IMG/VR virus record: IMGVR_UViG_3300025151_000020
Location: 29,311 to 93,310 of that record
Reading direction: 5' to 3' (one strand)
DNA: 64,000 nucleotides
Source: a virus
Below, piece by piece: positions 11,753 to 22,400 of the stretch. The notes beneath the pieces are model-generated. The model was not told the DNA's origin, made no database searches, and worked only from the letters and a program-made list of their open reading frames with translations. A program made the translations under genes and the position numbers. Each line of letters begins with the position of its first letter. Positions within the stretch are counted from its first letter, which is position 1.

Positions 11753-12982
11753 TCATATACCCACCAATTGCTCCACCGCAGTAAAGGTCATCTCATATGA
11801 CCAAAAGCCATCACCTGCACTATATGATGGGCTAAACATTGTCAGAACAACAGGTATTGCGACACCTTGTTCCAGGTATGGATTTGGCCTAATGGTTTCA
11901 TTATTTACTACTATTGTTGGATCGAAAGACTTTGTATTTTGATCGGAGGAGAAGTCTGTTCCTATTCCTGATGGTATGAGATATTGCCTCAATACCTTGT
12001 TGCCATCTGTGGATGAGGCCAATGACTCATATGGAACACGAAGCCCTACGATATACTTCTTGACGACATTTGCATTATCCACTCTAAGGAATCTTGAGGC
12101 ATCTAAGGAAGCAACCCCTTCTGGTATATCCACAACTGAACCGCCTAATGCATTTGGCGAAATCAATGCCCCTCCTGCACTCATATTTGATAGATTCAAC
12201 AAATCCTGTACCTTATCTTCCATAGTCAGTTGAGTAGCTGCAACTCCTCCTACTGCATTTGTCACAAGGAATTGCTTTGTCCAATCCTGTCCTGCATTAT
12301 CTTTTGATACGGTTACTGTGTGGTTGCCCGCAGAACCTACGGTCTTGTTTGTAATAGTGATTTTCTCTCCGTTGAATCCTGATCCACTCTGAGAATCTTG
12401 AGAGAGGGTTTCAAGTTGGCCGGATGATTGGGATGTGGTGAATATGTCTGAGAAGTTAGTAGTAGTTGTATCCACTTTGACTTGAGCACTTCCTAATGCA
12501 GTTGCTATTGTGTCGGAAAGGCTATCGCTACTTGTGGTTGAAGATATATTCACCACGATGATACTGTTCGTTGCAACTGTGGATGAACCGCTACCATTCT
12601 TCAACTGTATTGTAATGTCTTCTCCTAATCCTGCGTTGATTTGACCAATGCTCTTGAAGTTAATTTCAACTCCGTCTAATTCAGTTTTGACAGTATTCCA
12701 ACTACTAAACAATTCATACCAAGTTGCTTCTAATGATTGGCTACCGTTGATTGATGTGTCAATGGTGAATGCTGAACCAACACCTGGAGTCTGTTGGTCA
12801 TCGTCTGTAAATATGCCTTGAAGAGTTATGCCAATCTGTGTTTGATTGAGATCAAGTGCAACACGAGTATTGAGTATTGGAAGGGGATAAGCAGTAATTA
12901 TCCTGGTCAAATCAAATGTTATACTGTCTGCATCTAATTCCATGATGCTACTATCTCTTCGAATGAGTTGTATTCTTGGCAT
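11753..12982 (-). CDS. Distal tail (Dit-like)/baseplate hub protein with an inserted domain
   Basis: Immediately after the tape measure gene; beta-rich termini (ITLQGIF; WSYEMTF) flank a Ser/Thr-rich insertion. Confidence 0.5.
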   Translation of the reverse strand: MPRIQLIRRDSSIMELDADSITFDLTRIITAYPLPILNTRVALDLNQTQIGITLQGIFTDDDQQTPGVGSAFTIDTSINGSQSLEATWYELFSSWNTVKTELDGVEINFKSIGQINAGLGEDITIQLKNGSGSSTVATNSIIVVNISSTTSSDSLSDTIATALGSAQVKVDTTTTNFSDIFTTSQSSGQLETLSQDSQSGSGFNGEKITITNKTVGSAGNHTVTVSKDNAGQDWTKQFLVTNAVGGVAATQLTMEDKVQDLLNLSNMSAGGALISPNALGGSVVDIPEGVASLDASRFLRVDNANVVKKYIVGLRVPYESLASSTDGNKVLRQYLIPSGIGTDFSSDQNTKSFDPTIVVNNETIRPNPYLEQGVAIPVVLTMFSPSYSAGDGFWSYEMTFTAVEQLVGI

Positions 12983-14589
12983 CAGATTCCTCTCCCATAT
13001 CCACCTGATCTTGACCGTGATTTGAATACACGCTGAACTTCTTTGCTAACCGCCTTTGCAATATCTTGAGGATTGCCATTCGCACCACTAACTGTGATAT
13101 TGACTGTGTTTTCATTTAGGGTGTTATCGTTGGTTATGTTTGTAGTGCCTCCACCACCCATTCCTTCTCCTTGTATTGCAACAGGTATGCTCCTGCCATC
13201 GGGGAGTGGCACTACTGCCTCAGTACCGTGTAATATGGCAGGAAAACCACTTGATGGTCCTGATACTACTCCTCCCTTTGAGAAGCCGAGAGCACCACCA
13301 ATAGATCCTCCAATAGAACCTACGAAATCAGATACGCCTCCTATTACATCTCCAAAGTCAGGAATCATGTCAAATATTTCTTGTACGGTATCAAGAAAGC
13401 CTTCAAAGATACCTACTATTCCATCAATCGCCCATTGAATTGCATCCCCTGCTCCGTCTAACATAGTAGAGAAAGCATCGCCAACTGCCTCAATTGGAGG
13501 TGTTATGAACTCAAATATTGCATCTTTAATGCCTATCATTTTATTTATTATCCAATCAACTTTGTTGCCCGCTACTTCGGCCAATGCGTCAAATGGATTC
13601 TCTGCCGTGAATATGTAAAGGAGATCGTTTAGGAATGTATTTATCCAGGAAAGAAGTCCTGTAAAGATACTAAAGATGCCTGTTATAACCCACTCTATTA
13701 AGCCTAAGAATGTCATGAAAGCACCTCCTGCACCCGCATCTCCTAAAGCCCCGCCAATCTCCACCGCAAGCCAAACGACTAACTCAATCAATTTGCCGAA
13801 TATGACACCTGCTACTTCAAACAACAGACCGAGAGTTTCTATGAATAGCACTATGAAATCAACTATTCCACTATCAACTAAGAAACTTCCAAACCTGTTG
13901 AATGCAGAGGTTAGACCGGATGTCACACTACCTCCTGTTATACCTAAATCTTCAAACGCCTTTTGGAATGAACCAAATATTGCACTTATACCTGCCCAGA
14001 TGCCCATAAATACCGCAAGCAATGCATGGAAAACTCCGTGATCGTACATTGCTTCAACCACACTCAACCATGTTGATATCCACCAAGTAATTATTTCCAC
14101 CATCAAAGTGACTACTGATACGAAGAATGTTCCAAACTCGGTAAGAACCGACTTCGCCATTTCAATAGCTGGTCCGAAATCAAAAGCCATTATCTGTTGA
14201 ATGACTCCTATGAGGATGTCTTTCAAACCGCTTAAAGCGGATATCAATTCGCCTGTACCACCACCTGCCGAACCAACAGATGAAGTGAGATATGCAAAGA
14301 CGGATATTACTGTGAATAATATTCCAATCATCCCTAGAAAGGACATTCTTATGCCATCAACTGTCTTCTCCATAATTCCTAAAGGAACTAACAGACCCTT
14401 CATCGGAGCGAGAACTGCTCCAATTCCTGTTTTTAGTTTGAGCCATAGATTGTAAAACGGGCCAAGAAGTTTATTGAAGATTACAACTTTAGTATAGGAT
14501 TTTGTCATGGCTTTGCCAAAGTCTTTGTCCAAAGCCATACCTGCGGCAGAAACTTGTTTTGTCCAATCCGCTAAGTTTGTATCAGCCAT
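12982..14589 (-). CDS. Tail tape measure protein
   Basis: Hydrophobic amphipathic repeats with periodic aromatics; C-terminal FSKGGVV...AILHGTEAVVPL motif; follows the chaperone pair. Confidence 0.85.
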   Translation of the reverse strand: MADTNLADWTKQVSAAGMALDKDFGKAMTKSYTKVVIFNKLLGPFYNLWLKLKTGIGAVLAPMKGLLVPLGIMEKTVDGIRMSFLGMIGILFTVISVFAYLTSSVGSAGGGTGELISALSGLKDILIGVIQQIMAFDFGPAIEMAKSVLTEFGTFFVSVVTLMVEIITWWISTWLSVVEAMYDHGVFHALLAVFMGIWAGISAIFGSFQKAFEDLGITGGSVTSGLTSAFNRFGSFLVDSGIVDFIVLFIETLGLLFEVAGVIFGKLIELVVWLAVEIGGALGDAGAGGAFMTFLGLIEWVITGIFSIFTGLLSWINTFLNDLLYIFTAENPFDALAEVAGNKVDWIINKMIGIKDAIFEFITPPIEAVGDAFSTMLDGAGDAIQWAIDGIVGIFEGFLDTVQEIFDMIPDFGDVIGGVSDFVGSIGGSIGGALGFSKGGVVSGPSSGFPAILHGTEAVVPLPDGRSIPVAIQGEGMGGGGTTNITNDNTLNENTVNITVSGANGNPQDIAKAVSKEVQRVFKSRSRSGGYGRGI

Positions 14590-14953
14590 CCTGCTCCCTC
14601 AATTTCTGGTTCATCAGATCGAAACTATCTTGTAGGGTGGCACTATCACTTGTTGTCCGTATATGCCTCCCTTTATTTTGATTTCCTTGAGCGTTATAAC
14701 GAGATCTTTGTTTTTCAAGCCGTTTTGACTCCTCTGCTTGCTTTTCTTGATGTGCCCGAACAAAGTTATACAGAAAATATACACGCTCAGGTGGTTGGTC
14801 ATCCCAAGAGTGTGGAGGGCAATTAAAATGACTACCCAATACATAGGTTATAGCCTGGTAAGAGAGCATGATGCTCTGTTTAGGAGTGAAGTGACCTACC
14901 CTGCCATCTGAATTGAGAAACCTTCGGAGTTCAGGGTAGGTTATTCCAAAGGG
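14582..14953 (-). CDS. Tail assembly chaperone GT, C-terminal part (-1 frameshift extension of 14941..15309)
   Basis: The -1 frame is open from the slippery site (PFGITYPELRRFLNSDGRVGHFTPKQSI) into ORF 14582..14869 (MLSYQAI...CPPHSWDDQP). Confidence 0.8.
   Translation of the reverse strand, partial: PFGITYPELRRFLNSDGRVGHFTPKQSIMLSYQAITYVLGSHFNCPPHSWDDQPPERVYFLYNFVRAHQEKQAEESKRLEKQRSRYNAQGNQNKGRHIRTTSDSATLQDSFDLMNQKLREQDG
14894..14953 (-). promoter_or_regulatory. -1 programmed ribosomal frameshift signal (slippery heptamer plus hairpin)
   Basis: Heptamer C CCU UUG at 14953-14947, then a 10-bp stem ACCUACCCUG/CAGGGUAGGU (14941-14932 with 14903-14894) starting 5 nt downstream. Confidence 0.8.
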
Positions 14954-15309
14954 GCTTGCTCACCGCCAGCGAATGCTTCCATCAAAGATTCAAGTGATGG
15001 CAATACCTTGATTAGTTCCTTGCCCACTTCAGGACTTAATTTTAGAATGTCTTTCTTGGATATTGCAGGATCGGTTTTCTCTATGCAATTTGTAAGAACA
15101 TACGAATAGTATCCTCCAAAATCAATTGAAGGAGCAGGTTCGCCATCAACCATTTGGAAATCAACAAACCTGGATATCGCTTCTTGTTGCTGAATCCAAG
15201 TGAGTGGTTTTACGAAAACCACTAGAACGCCTTTTTCTGTTTCAACCTCGTGCCTAACCGAACTTGATACGGTTAGAAAATCATTCGCCTTCAACGCCAT
15301 CTGTTTCAT
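14941..15309 (-). CDS. Tail assembly chaperone G
   Basis: 122 aa between the tail tube and tape measure genes; ends in the slippery site. Confidence 0.8.
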   Translation of the reverse strand: MKQMALKANDFLTVSSSVRHEVETEKGVLVVFVKPLTWIQQQEAISRFVDFQMVDGEPAPSIDFGGYYSYVLTNCIEKTDPAISKKDILKLSPEVGKELIKVLPSLESLMEAFAGGEQAPLE

Positions 15310-15688
15310 CTCCTTCTGTTAGAGGCGTTTCGTCTGTGGCACTTGCCTCTGTTGCGGTATCTGCTTCAACTAGGGTTTCAACCTGGTCTGAGCTAGTTGT
15401 GGAATTGGTGGCATCCCATGCCCTCAATCTATCGATCAACTGTTGTTTGTTTCCATAGATTGGCTCTCCCGCCTGTTGTAATAAGACCTTTAATTCGGTG
15501 ACAGACATCTCTTCGTAACCATCTGTATAGACAATTTCTTCTTCTTCCTGTACTAATGGCGTGTAAGCACCTTCAACTGCTATTTCACTTGAAGATAGCC
15601 CTGGTCCATCAGTTATCTCATCGCCATTGATTGTCCAATCAATCCTTGCTCTTGTGCCATTGACCGAAACGAATCCCGTTAGCCTCAT
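15281..15688 (-). CDS. SAP/HeH-domain protein
   Basis: MSVTELKVLLQQAGEPIYGNKQQLIDRL is a SAP-motif signature; acidic C-terminal tail. Confidence 0.7.
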   Translation of the reverse strand: MRLTGFVSVNGTRARIDWTINGDEITDGPGLSSSEIAVEGAYTPLVQEEEEIVYTDGYEEMSVTELKVLLQQAGEPIYGNKQQLIDRLRAWDATNSTTSSDQVETLVEADTATEASATDETPLTEGDETDGVEGE

Positions 15689-15727
15689 TATAACTCCCTC
15701 ATGTTCAATGGTTATTCAAGCATTCCC

Positions 15728-17899
15728 TCATAATATGAAATATGGATTGTTTTCTGTCACCTTCATGTGGCGAACCACCAACTCAACATCAGCGAATATT
15801 GGCCCCTTGTCTGATGGTATCTGATGATCCGCTTTTGTGATGGTGTAATCCTCCAAAGTTATAGTAGCGGTTTGCCGAGTAGTTGCACTACCTGCTTTGG
15901 TCATTGTGAATGTAATGTCGTTTGTGTTCTGGTGATGCCTTCGAGTTCTGACTTCATCCCATAGTCTATCATCCTCAACTAAAGCCTTGAATGAGAATGT
16001 GTATTCCCTCACTCCTTCTGTGATATCCAATGGAGTCTGCGTTGCTCCGTGTTGAACCTGATCTGTATCGGATGTTGCACCTTCAAAGCCTCTAATGTAC
16101 CATCTAGCCGTGTTAGTGTTTGCTAGTCCTAGACTAAACTCTGTTGCTCTAAGCACAGGTCTTCCAAATATCTGTATGCTTATATCTTGGAATAGATATG
16201 GTTTTTCACCATCAACCGCTATACCGCTAACCTTTCTGTTCGCTGCGGTGTTTGCAGTATTGTCAAACATTCGGTGCGGGGAGAACATATCGCCTGTATC
16301 AGTATAGTGTCTTGCAGCTTGATACTCACAACTAATCTTCAATTCTCCCTCAGTATCTGCTGATATATTTGCAGATCCAACCTTGCAACCGCTATACAAT
16401 CTAAGCAGTTGTTCTCCACCAGGAGTAGTATCGCTATTCCTAAACGATTGCTCAACGGTGAAAGAGGGTACAACATTGTGTCCGAAGAGTGTATGTGTGA
16501 CTCCATTTTGAAGTTCTTTTGTTGATGCTACAATGTTTGGACTACCTTTTGATGCATCAGATGTGTATCTCAATCTATCAACACCACAAGAAGCAACTGC
16601 GTGAGCAAAGGTAAATGGTTCTTCAACATGAACATGATCTCCACCAACTGCAATTACTCTCCTGATCTCATGCTTGAATATTGTGGGTGGCGTTCCATCT
16701 TGACCTGGAATCTGGTGTGTGTCTTTGTCAATAATCTGAATGTAATCTCCCACCGTGAACATTGCACGGACTGTCGCCCCCACATCCACTCTTGTATCTC
16801 CAATGGATACTGCACCTGCAAGTGGTGGCATGAGAACAACACACTTGTTAGAAGCAAGAGCCAATGTAGCTGCACCAGAATCAATGTCTGCTATGCCTTG
16901 AACATCATTGGAAGATATTGATGCGTATGATGCGTATTTCGTAGTGCCACTATCATTCACTTTGAGGACACCTGCGGCAGTTCCGCTTGTAACTTTGAAG
17001 ACGGCTTTTGAAGTCAGAGTAACATCATCGCTACTTGTTGATGCTACCTTAGCACCAATCATGAAGTTAGTTCCTGTTGTAGTTGAGAGGCTATCTAAGC
17101 CCGTAAGAACAGTTCCTGATGATGCTATTGCAGTATAATCGCCCGCAGTTCCAGAAGCCGATTGTAATTCTGCTCTACCCGTTACGGTTGCATCATCGCC
17201 TAAATTGAATAATTTCTCAGAAATAGTGTTACTCCCGCTTGCTAGGGTGGCTAGAGAACCGTTGCTCTTTGCGGTATGACCTCCTAATGCGTACTTCAAC
17301 CACCTCATACTGTGAGCATTTACCTCTATTGAACCCCCTTCTAAGGTTTCACGCCCACTTGTAATTACATTGACATCCCTGCCCATGCCAATAACGTGTT
17401 GTTGCCTAACATCAATTGATGGCTCAGGCAGAGCAAACTCGTTTAGTAATCCTAGAAATTGATCGGTTCGTACTTTTTGACTGTTGGTTGCATCACTCAT
17501 AGATGAATCAAAAGTGGGGCAACGGTATGCCTCTATCACTAAACTATCTGATGAACCTGCCGCTTGGCTTGCAGATGTAGCCAAAGCGGGTTGAACGGTA
17601 ATTGTTCCAGCAGTTGTGTCATTTGCCGTTATGTAGTATGTTCTTCTAGTTGAAGCGTAATCATCAGAAGCGAAATTAGTGCCTCCTGTAATCTTAACAA
17701 CACAACCGACCAATATATTATCAGGGATTTCAACATCAGTTCCTGATCCTGTGTGCCAATAAGCTCCTGTTCCTACTGTAATTAGACTCGTACTATTGGT
17801 GCTTGAAGTGAGTGTCCAGGTAGCACCATCACACCGTAGCCCTGTTTCTTTACCGAATGATACTTCGGCCAAATCTCCTTTGTATAGTGCATTCGCCAT
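15728..17899 (-). CDS. Major tail tube protein with inserted decoration domains (723 aa)
   Basis: Tube-like core segments (VSFGKETG; GRETLEGGSIEV...WLKYALGG; PSFTVEQ...YSGCKVGSANIS...GELKISCEY; GVREYTFSFK) are interrupted by Ser/Thr/Gly-rich inserts. Confidence 0.8.
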   Translation of the reverse strand: MANALYKGDLAEVSFGKETGLRCDGATWTLTSSTNSTSLITVGTGAYWHTGSGTDVEIPDNILVGCVVKITGGTNFASDDYASTRRTYYITANDTTAGTITVQPALATSASQAAGSSDSLVIEAYRCPTFDSSMSDATNSQKVRTDQFLGLLNEFALPEPSIDVRQQHVIGMGRDVNVITSGRETLEGGSIEVNAHSMRWLKYALGGHTAKSNGSLATLASGSNTISEKLFNLGDDATVTGRAELQSASGTAGDYTAIASSGTVLTGLDSLSTTTGTNFMIGAKVASTSSDDVTLTSKAVFKVTSGTAAGVLKVNDSGTTKYASYASISSNDVQGIADIDSGAATLALASNKCVVLMPPLAGAVSIGDTRVDVGATVRAMFTVGDYIQIIDKDTHQIPGQDGTPPTIFKHEIRRVIAVGGDHVHVEEPFTFAHAVASCGVDRLRYTSDASKGSPNIVASTKELQNGVTHTLFGHNVVPSFTVEQSFRNSDTTPGGEQLLRLYSGCKVGSANISADTEGELKISCEYQAARHYTDTGDMFSPHRMFDNTANTAANRKVSGIAVDGEKPYLFQDISIQIFGRPVLRATEFSLGLANTNTARWYIRGFEGATSDTDQVQHGATQTPLDITEGVREYTFSFKALVEDDRLWDEVRTRRHHQNTNDITFTMTKAGSATTRQTATITLEDYTITKADHQIPSDKGPIFADVELVVRHMKVTENNPYFIL

Positions 17900-17943
17900 G
17901 TTCTATCAAAGGTCGCTAAACGGTCAATGCTATTTAGCAACTA

Positions 17944-18225
17944 TCACTCAGAATCCGTATCTGCGTCTTTTGACTTAGTTTTGGACTTGGTTTCCTCTTT
18001 AGGAGGCGTTATAATGGCTTGAGATTGCCTTTGTGCCCTTATTTTCTGAGCCTCTGCAACTTCTGCTAGATCTCTTGAAAGTTGAGCAGTTCTCTGATTG
18101 ATGTAATTAACGATGTCTTGAGTGCAAGCCTGGTGTAGCCTGAATAAAACCAATCGATCTGCTGATTGTTCTTGTAAGGCTAGTAGTGCTTGTTCTGGGG
18201 TAAGAGTCACTTCTTCGGAGGTCAT
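17944..18225 (-). CDS. Small coiled-coil protein (possible fibre assembly chaperone)
   Basis: 93 aa, helical, Gln/Leu-rich; downstream of the fibre cassette. Confidence 0.4.
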   Translation of the reverse strand: MTSEEVTLTPEQALLALQEQSADRLVLFRLHQACTQDIVNYINQRTAQLSRDLAEVAEAQKIRAQRQSQAIITPPKEETKSKTKSKDADTDSE

Positions 18226-18275
18226 TATGCTTCCTCAGATGTATCTGGTTCATAAAGTTGTCAATTCTGTTAGGT

Positions 18276-18845
18276 TTATTCTGTCCAATTCCAACCACCT
18301 ATATCTGTTACGATAGATCCATATTTTTCCTGTATTAGATTCTTGTAGGCTTCAATTCCTATTATGTTTCCATCCTCATCGTAATCTGTTGTGAGCCATG
18401 TGTCAAACCACCCCACATCCCAAGTTCTATCGGGAGTCCAGGTGTGAATATCAGCATGGACAATTGTAAATCTGTCATCCTTAGCACAGTTATCCCATAC
18501 CAAATCTATGACATCTTGCTCACTTTCAACTACTGTTACGCTAGTCACATCGTCTGACTCAAGCAATGGAATGTGGATCACACCTAAACCAAGACCTGCA
18601 ATTAGGATATCACCGGACATACGAGGCATGAGCCATTGATGTTCAACATACTCTTGTTCCGTGTCCTGCATGATATTAAGCCATGATTCACCAAACTTTC
18701 TATACAGTACAGTATAATCCCCCTCTGCTATGTTTCTATAATTGACATAGTTTAACCAAGATGGTTCTCCGGTGGTAGCGGTGCATCGCTCAACCTTGTA
18801 GTCGCCACTCTCCCCATCAGGTATCCCTGTCACTTCCCATCTCAT
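18276..18845 (-). CDS. Class I SAM-dependent methyltransferase (spermidine-synthase-like fold)
   Basis: Motif I ILIAGLGLG, motif II VTVVE, IVHADI, WDVGWFDTW. Confidence 0.75.
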   Translation of the reverse strand: MRWEVTGIPDGESGDYKVERCTATTGEPSWLNYVNYRNIAEGDYTVLYRKFGESWLNIMQDTEQEYVEHQWLMPRMSGDILIAGLGLGVIHIPLLESDDVTSVTVVESEQDVIDLVWDNCAKDDRFTIVHADIHTWTPDRTWDVGWFDTWLTTDYDEDGNIIGIEAYKNLIQEKYGSIVTDIGGWNWTE

Positions 18846-19438
18846 GGTATCAATATCCTCGGTGTTACTGTTGGAGATGACGAAGTAGTGCCATTAGAAT
18901 TGGAAGCCTCACAATTTACATCCCAACTGAATCCATCGCCAGAAGCAGAAAGTAATAGATATCCTCTTCCGCCCGAATTGTGTGTTATTTTCACCTCAAT
19001 TCCAATGTCATTAGAAGTACAGTCTTGGTTAGTTGAACCCGAACCGCTTTTGGCAACGCTAGATACTGCACCAAAGGTGTCTTGCACTTCCTGCACATTG
19101 CCTAAGCCCCATGAGAAGGATGTTGCTGATGTCGCTCTGCAATATCCATAGGTTTCGAATGTAAGGGTCCCGCTATTGAGGTTCACCGCATTAGAGTAAT
19201 TAATGCCATAAATCAACTCAATATCTCCTGTGCCACTACTGAATGTATTACCTGCATTTGCAGGTATTACTCCTGATCCCGATGTACAATCAACTATCAC
19301 GGCATCGTCAAAGTTGCCACTAGATGTAGTAGCCACGCTAACATTGGATGGTGCAGAACTACCACCACCACCGCCACCGCCACCACTACCTGCTTGTCCT
19401 TGTTGTGCGACTGTTCCTAAAACGGCTGGCATTGGCAT
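18842..19438 (-). CDS. Putative fibre-tip adhesin
   Basis: Short hydrophobic N-terminus (MPMPAVLGTVAQ), poly-Gly linker and a beta-rich domain; directly follows the fibre gene. Confidence 0.5.
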   Translation of the reverse strand: MPMPAVLGTVAQQGQAGSGGGGGGGGSSAPSNVSVATTSSGNFDDAVIVDCTSGSGVIPANAGNTFSSGTGDIELIYGINYSNAVNLNSGTLTFETYGYCRATSATSFSWGLGNVQEVQDTFGAVSSVAKSGSGSTNQDCTSNDIGIEVKITHNSGGRGYLLLSASGDGFSWDVNCEASNSNGTTSSSPTVTPRILIP

Positions 19439-19442
19439 AAAA

Positions 19443-22400
19443 TCACCCTAATACTATCCACTCGCTACTATCAACTGCAATGAAGGTCTTCGCTTCGTAT
19501 CTTGTAGTGATTGTTTGGTTGCTAGTTGAACCATTCATTGTATCCGATCCGTTTGCTGAGATAGTCACAGTTCCTGTTGTGTTGCTAATGATGACATACT
19601 GTTCGCCTCTGTTTGGAGAAGCAGGTAGGGTAAATGTCATTGCACTTGTTGCTACTAAATACAATCCGGCATAGTCGTCATAGTCTAATGTTTGGTTGCT
19701 TGAGAATGTTCGCATCTGCCCTGCCTTTGCCGCAACACCCGCAGCAGGAGTGTCACCATGAGCGAACTTATTGACACCTACTGACAGAATCTCTCTTTGA
19801 CTATCATTGACCATAATCCTGAATCGCATCTCTCCATCTGCATTGCCACTTGTTTGATCACGAATTGTCATTATGATATTTCCATAATCTCTGTAATCGT
19901 GTATCGCTTCTACACTACCTACATCCAACATACTTGAGTCTGCACCTGTAAATCTGATATTTCCAATATCGTCATCATCAGAAACGTCACCTTGATCAAT
20001 GTATCTGATAAGATGCATTATTGGTCCTCTTGCAGTTGTAGTATCATCGTTAGTGAATACGAAATGCCCTAACCCCTTCGTCTTGAATGACAACCCAACG
20101 TCTGTTTCATCCCCTGTTGCCTCAAGTCCTGGTCCGGTTATGCGACCTGCTGAAGTTGTGTTGTTTGAGTTATGGACTACATCTGTTCCAAACAGAGTAC
20201 CAGCAGTAGTATCAGAGATACCATTCCATATCTTGATGTACGAGTTTGCACTTGTTGTCTTACCAAACAGTAGTTGCTCGTTGCTAGAATCATCAAGAAT
20301 ACCATGATTATCATCAATTATGATGTTTTGACTGTTAGTATCCAAGTTTCCTCCGATTGTGACTCCTGCATTGAAAGTGGCAGCTCCCGCTTCTGAACCA
20401 TCTAAAATGAGGGCATTGACATTGGAGTTGTTGTCCTTGACCATGAAATACATATCTGCATCATTTACAACTGCTTTAATCTTGAAATGACCGCTATCAT
20501 GTGCAAGGTTTGCATAAGTCGTTCCAGCATCTTTGAGTCTTATATCTGCACCATCAGCATCAAGAGATATATCTCCCGAAGAATCTATTGTGAAGTTACC
20601 GACAACGAGTGTGTCAAGGCTCGATATAGTCAAATCCCCACTTGAGTATGTGACATCCGATAGATCGTTGAGTGCAGAAGCACCACCACCACCTGCATTT
20701 GCATCCACATATGCCTTGATGGATTGCTGAGTTGCTAGAGCAGTATCGGAGTCAGAAGCCATGTTATCCTCATCTAGGATTGTGGTGACTCTACTGTTAG
20801 CACCGCCTAATCTGACACCGCTATCGCTTATGTCCAAGCGTGATGAACCGCCCGTTTCGAATGTCTGTGTATCTGTGCCGAATGCTATTGAGTTGTTCGT
20901 ATCGTTCGAATGCCTAATCTCACCAGGGATTGTTAGATTGCCACTAAATATTGCCTCACCTGCATTAGATGCGTCAAATCGCAAGAAGTCAGTAGTGACA
21001 CCACCATCAATCCCTCTGAGATAGAGGTCTTTGTCGTCAGTTGTGTTCTGCAAGACAATATCGCCCGAAGATATCATTGCGATACGGAAGTATTCTGTTC
21101 CTGCCGATTTGAATCTCCAGGTGGGGCTACCTGCATCAAAGGATATGTCGCCTGATCCATCAATGGTGAAATTGCCTGTAACATCAATCTCTGGTGTGGA
21201 ATCTAAGTTGAATTGGAATCTCGTAGTTCCATCGTCTTTGAAGTATATCTGATCTCCGGCGGCATCAAATGTGAGATCACCAGACGAATCTATTGTGAAG
21301 CCACCGACAACGAGCGTGTCTAAACTGCTAATTGTTAGATCACCACTTGAATAAGTCACATCGGATAAGTCGCCAAGAGCAGAAGCACCACCTGCATTGT
21401 TATCCACATAATCCTTGACGGCGGCAGAAGTAGGCAAAGTGGTGTCGTTGTCATTTGAACCGATGCCTTCTGATTCTGTGACTACTGCTGATGCAGCTAA
21501 GTCTGATACTGTTAGGTCTGCAATATCGCTTGTGTATGCAAGAGTAGAGGCAGTTCCCCAATCCGTATCATCTTGGTCTGCTCGGTAGTGATAGATTCTC
21601 TTTGTACTGTTCTTAGCGAATGCCAATAAGTTTGCATCTCCACCTGTATGTCCTGTGAATGTGTCCAATACCAAAACATCAACATAATCAGATGCGTTAG
21701 TAGTAGAGCCATCTTCCAAACCTGTCTTTGTTGAGAATCTTCCTGATATTTCTCTAAGCGTATTTGCCAAGTCTTCAGGAGCAAAATCCCTATCATCATC
21801 TGTTTTCAAGTATGGAGCGTGTATAGTTCTGAAGTCTAAGTCAAACGGATCTGCGTCTGATCCAGGGGAAATATCGGAGTAGTTGATGTCTATACTCGTA
21901 TCTCCACTAAGGAACTTGATTTCTTCCGAGTTGGAGATAGATACTTCTGTTCCATCATCATCCTCAATTACGAAGGTCATGCCCGTAGTATATCCGTATG
22001 ATAGAATCTTATCCTCAATAGCGGCAGAAGTCATTATCGATGTGTCATCGTTAGAGAAGGATTCGCTACTCAATTGAATACTACCTGCGGCTATTTCAGA
22101 TACAGTCAAACCGCCTACATTGAGGGTATCTCCGCTAAGACTAATCCCTGTTCCAGCAACTAAATTGGTATCGTCACTAATATCTATTTCACCGAGCGTA
22201 ATCGCTTGGTTTGATATGCTAAGGTAATCGTGACTAGAAGTAACCAATGTTACATCCGTTGAGTTATCCGTACCTGCCGCATCAACACCGAGATTGCTTC
22301 TTGCAGTTGCTGCATTGGCCAAGTCGGACAAATTGCTAGACTTGGCTAGTTTAGTGCCTATGCTAGTAGTAATTGTTGTTGAGAATGAGGCATCATCACC

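Noticed and set aside
15728-17899. 723-aa tail protein read as a contractile sheath
   Set aside because: Its motifs match a tail tube with insertions, and it is followed by chaperones and tape measure with no separate tube gene.
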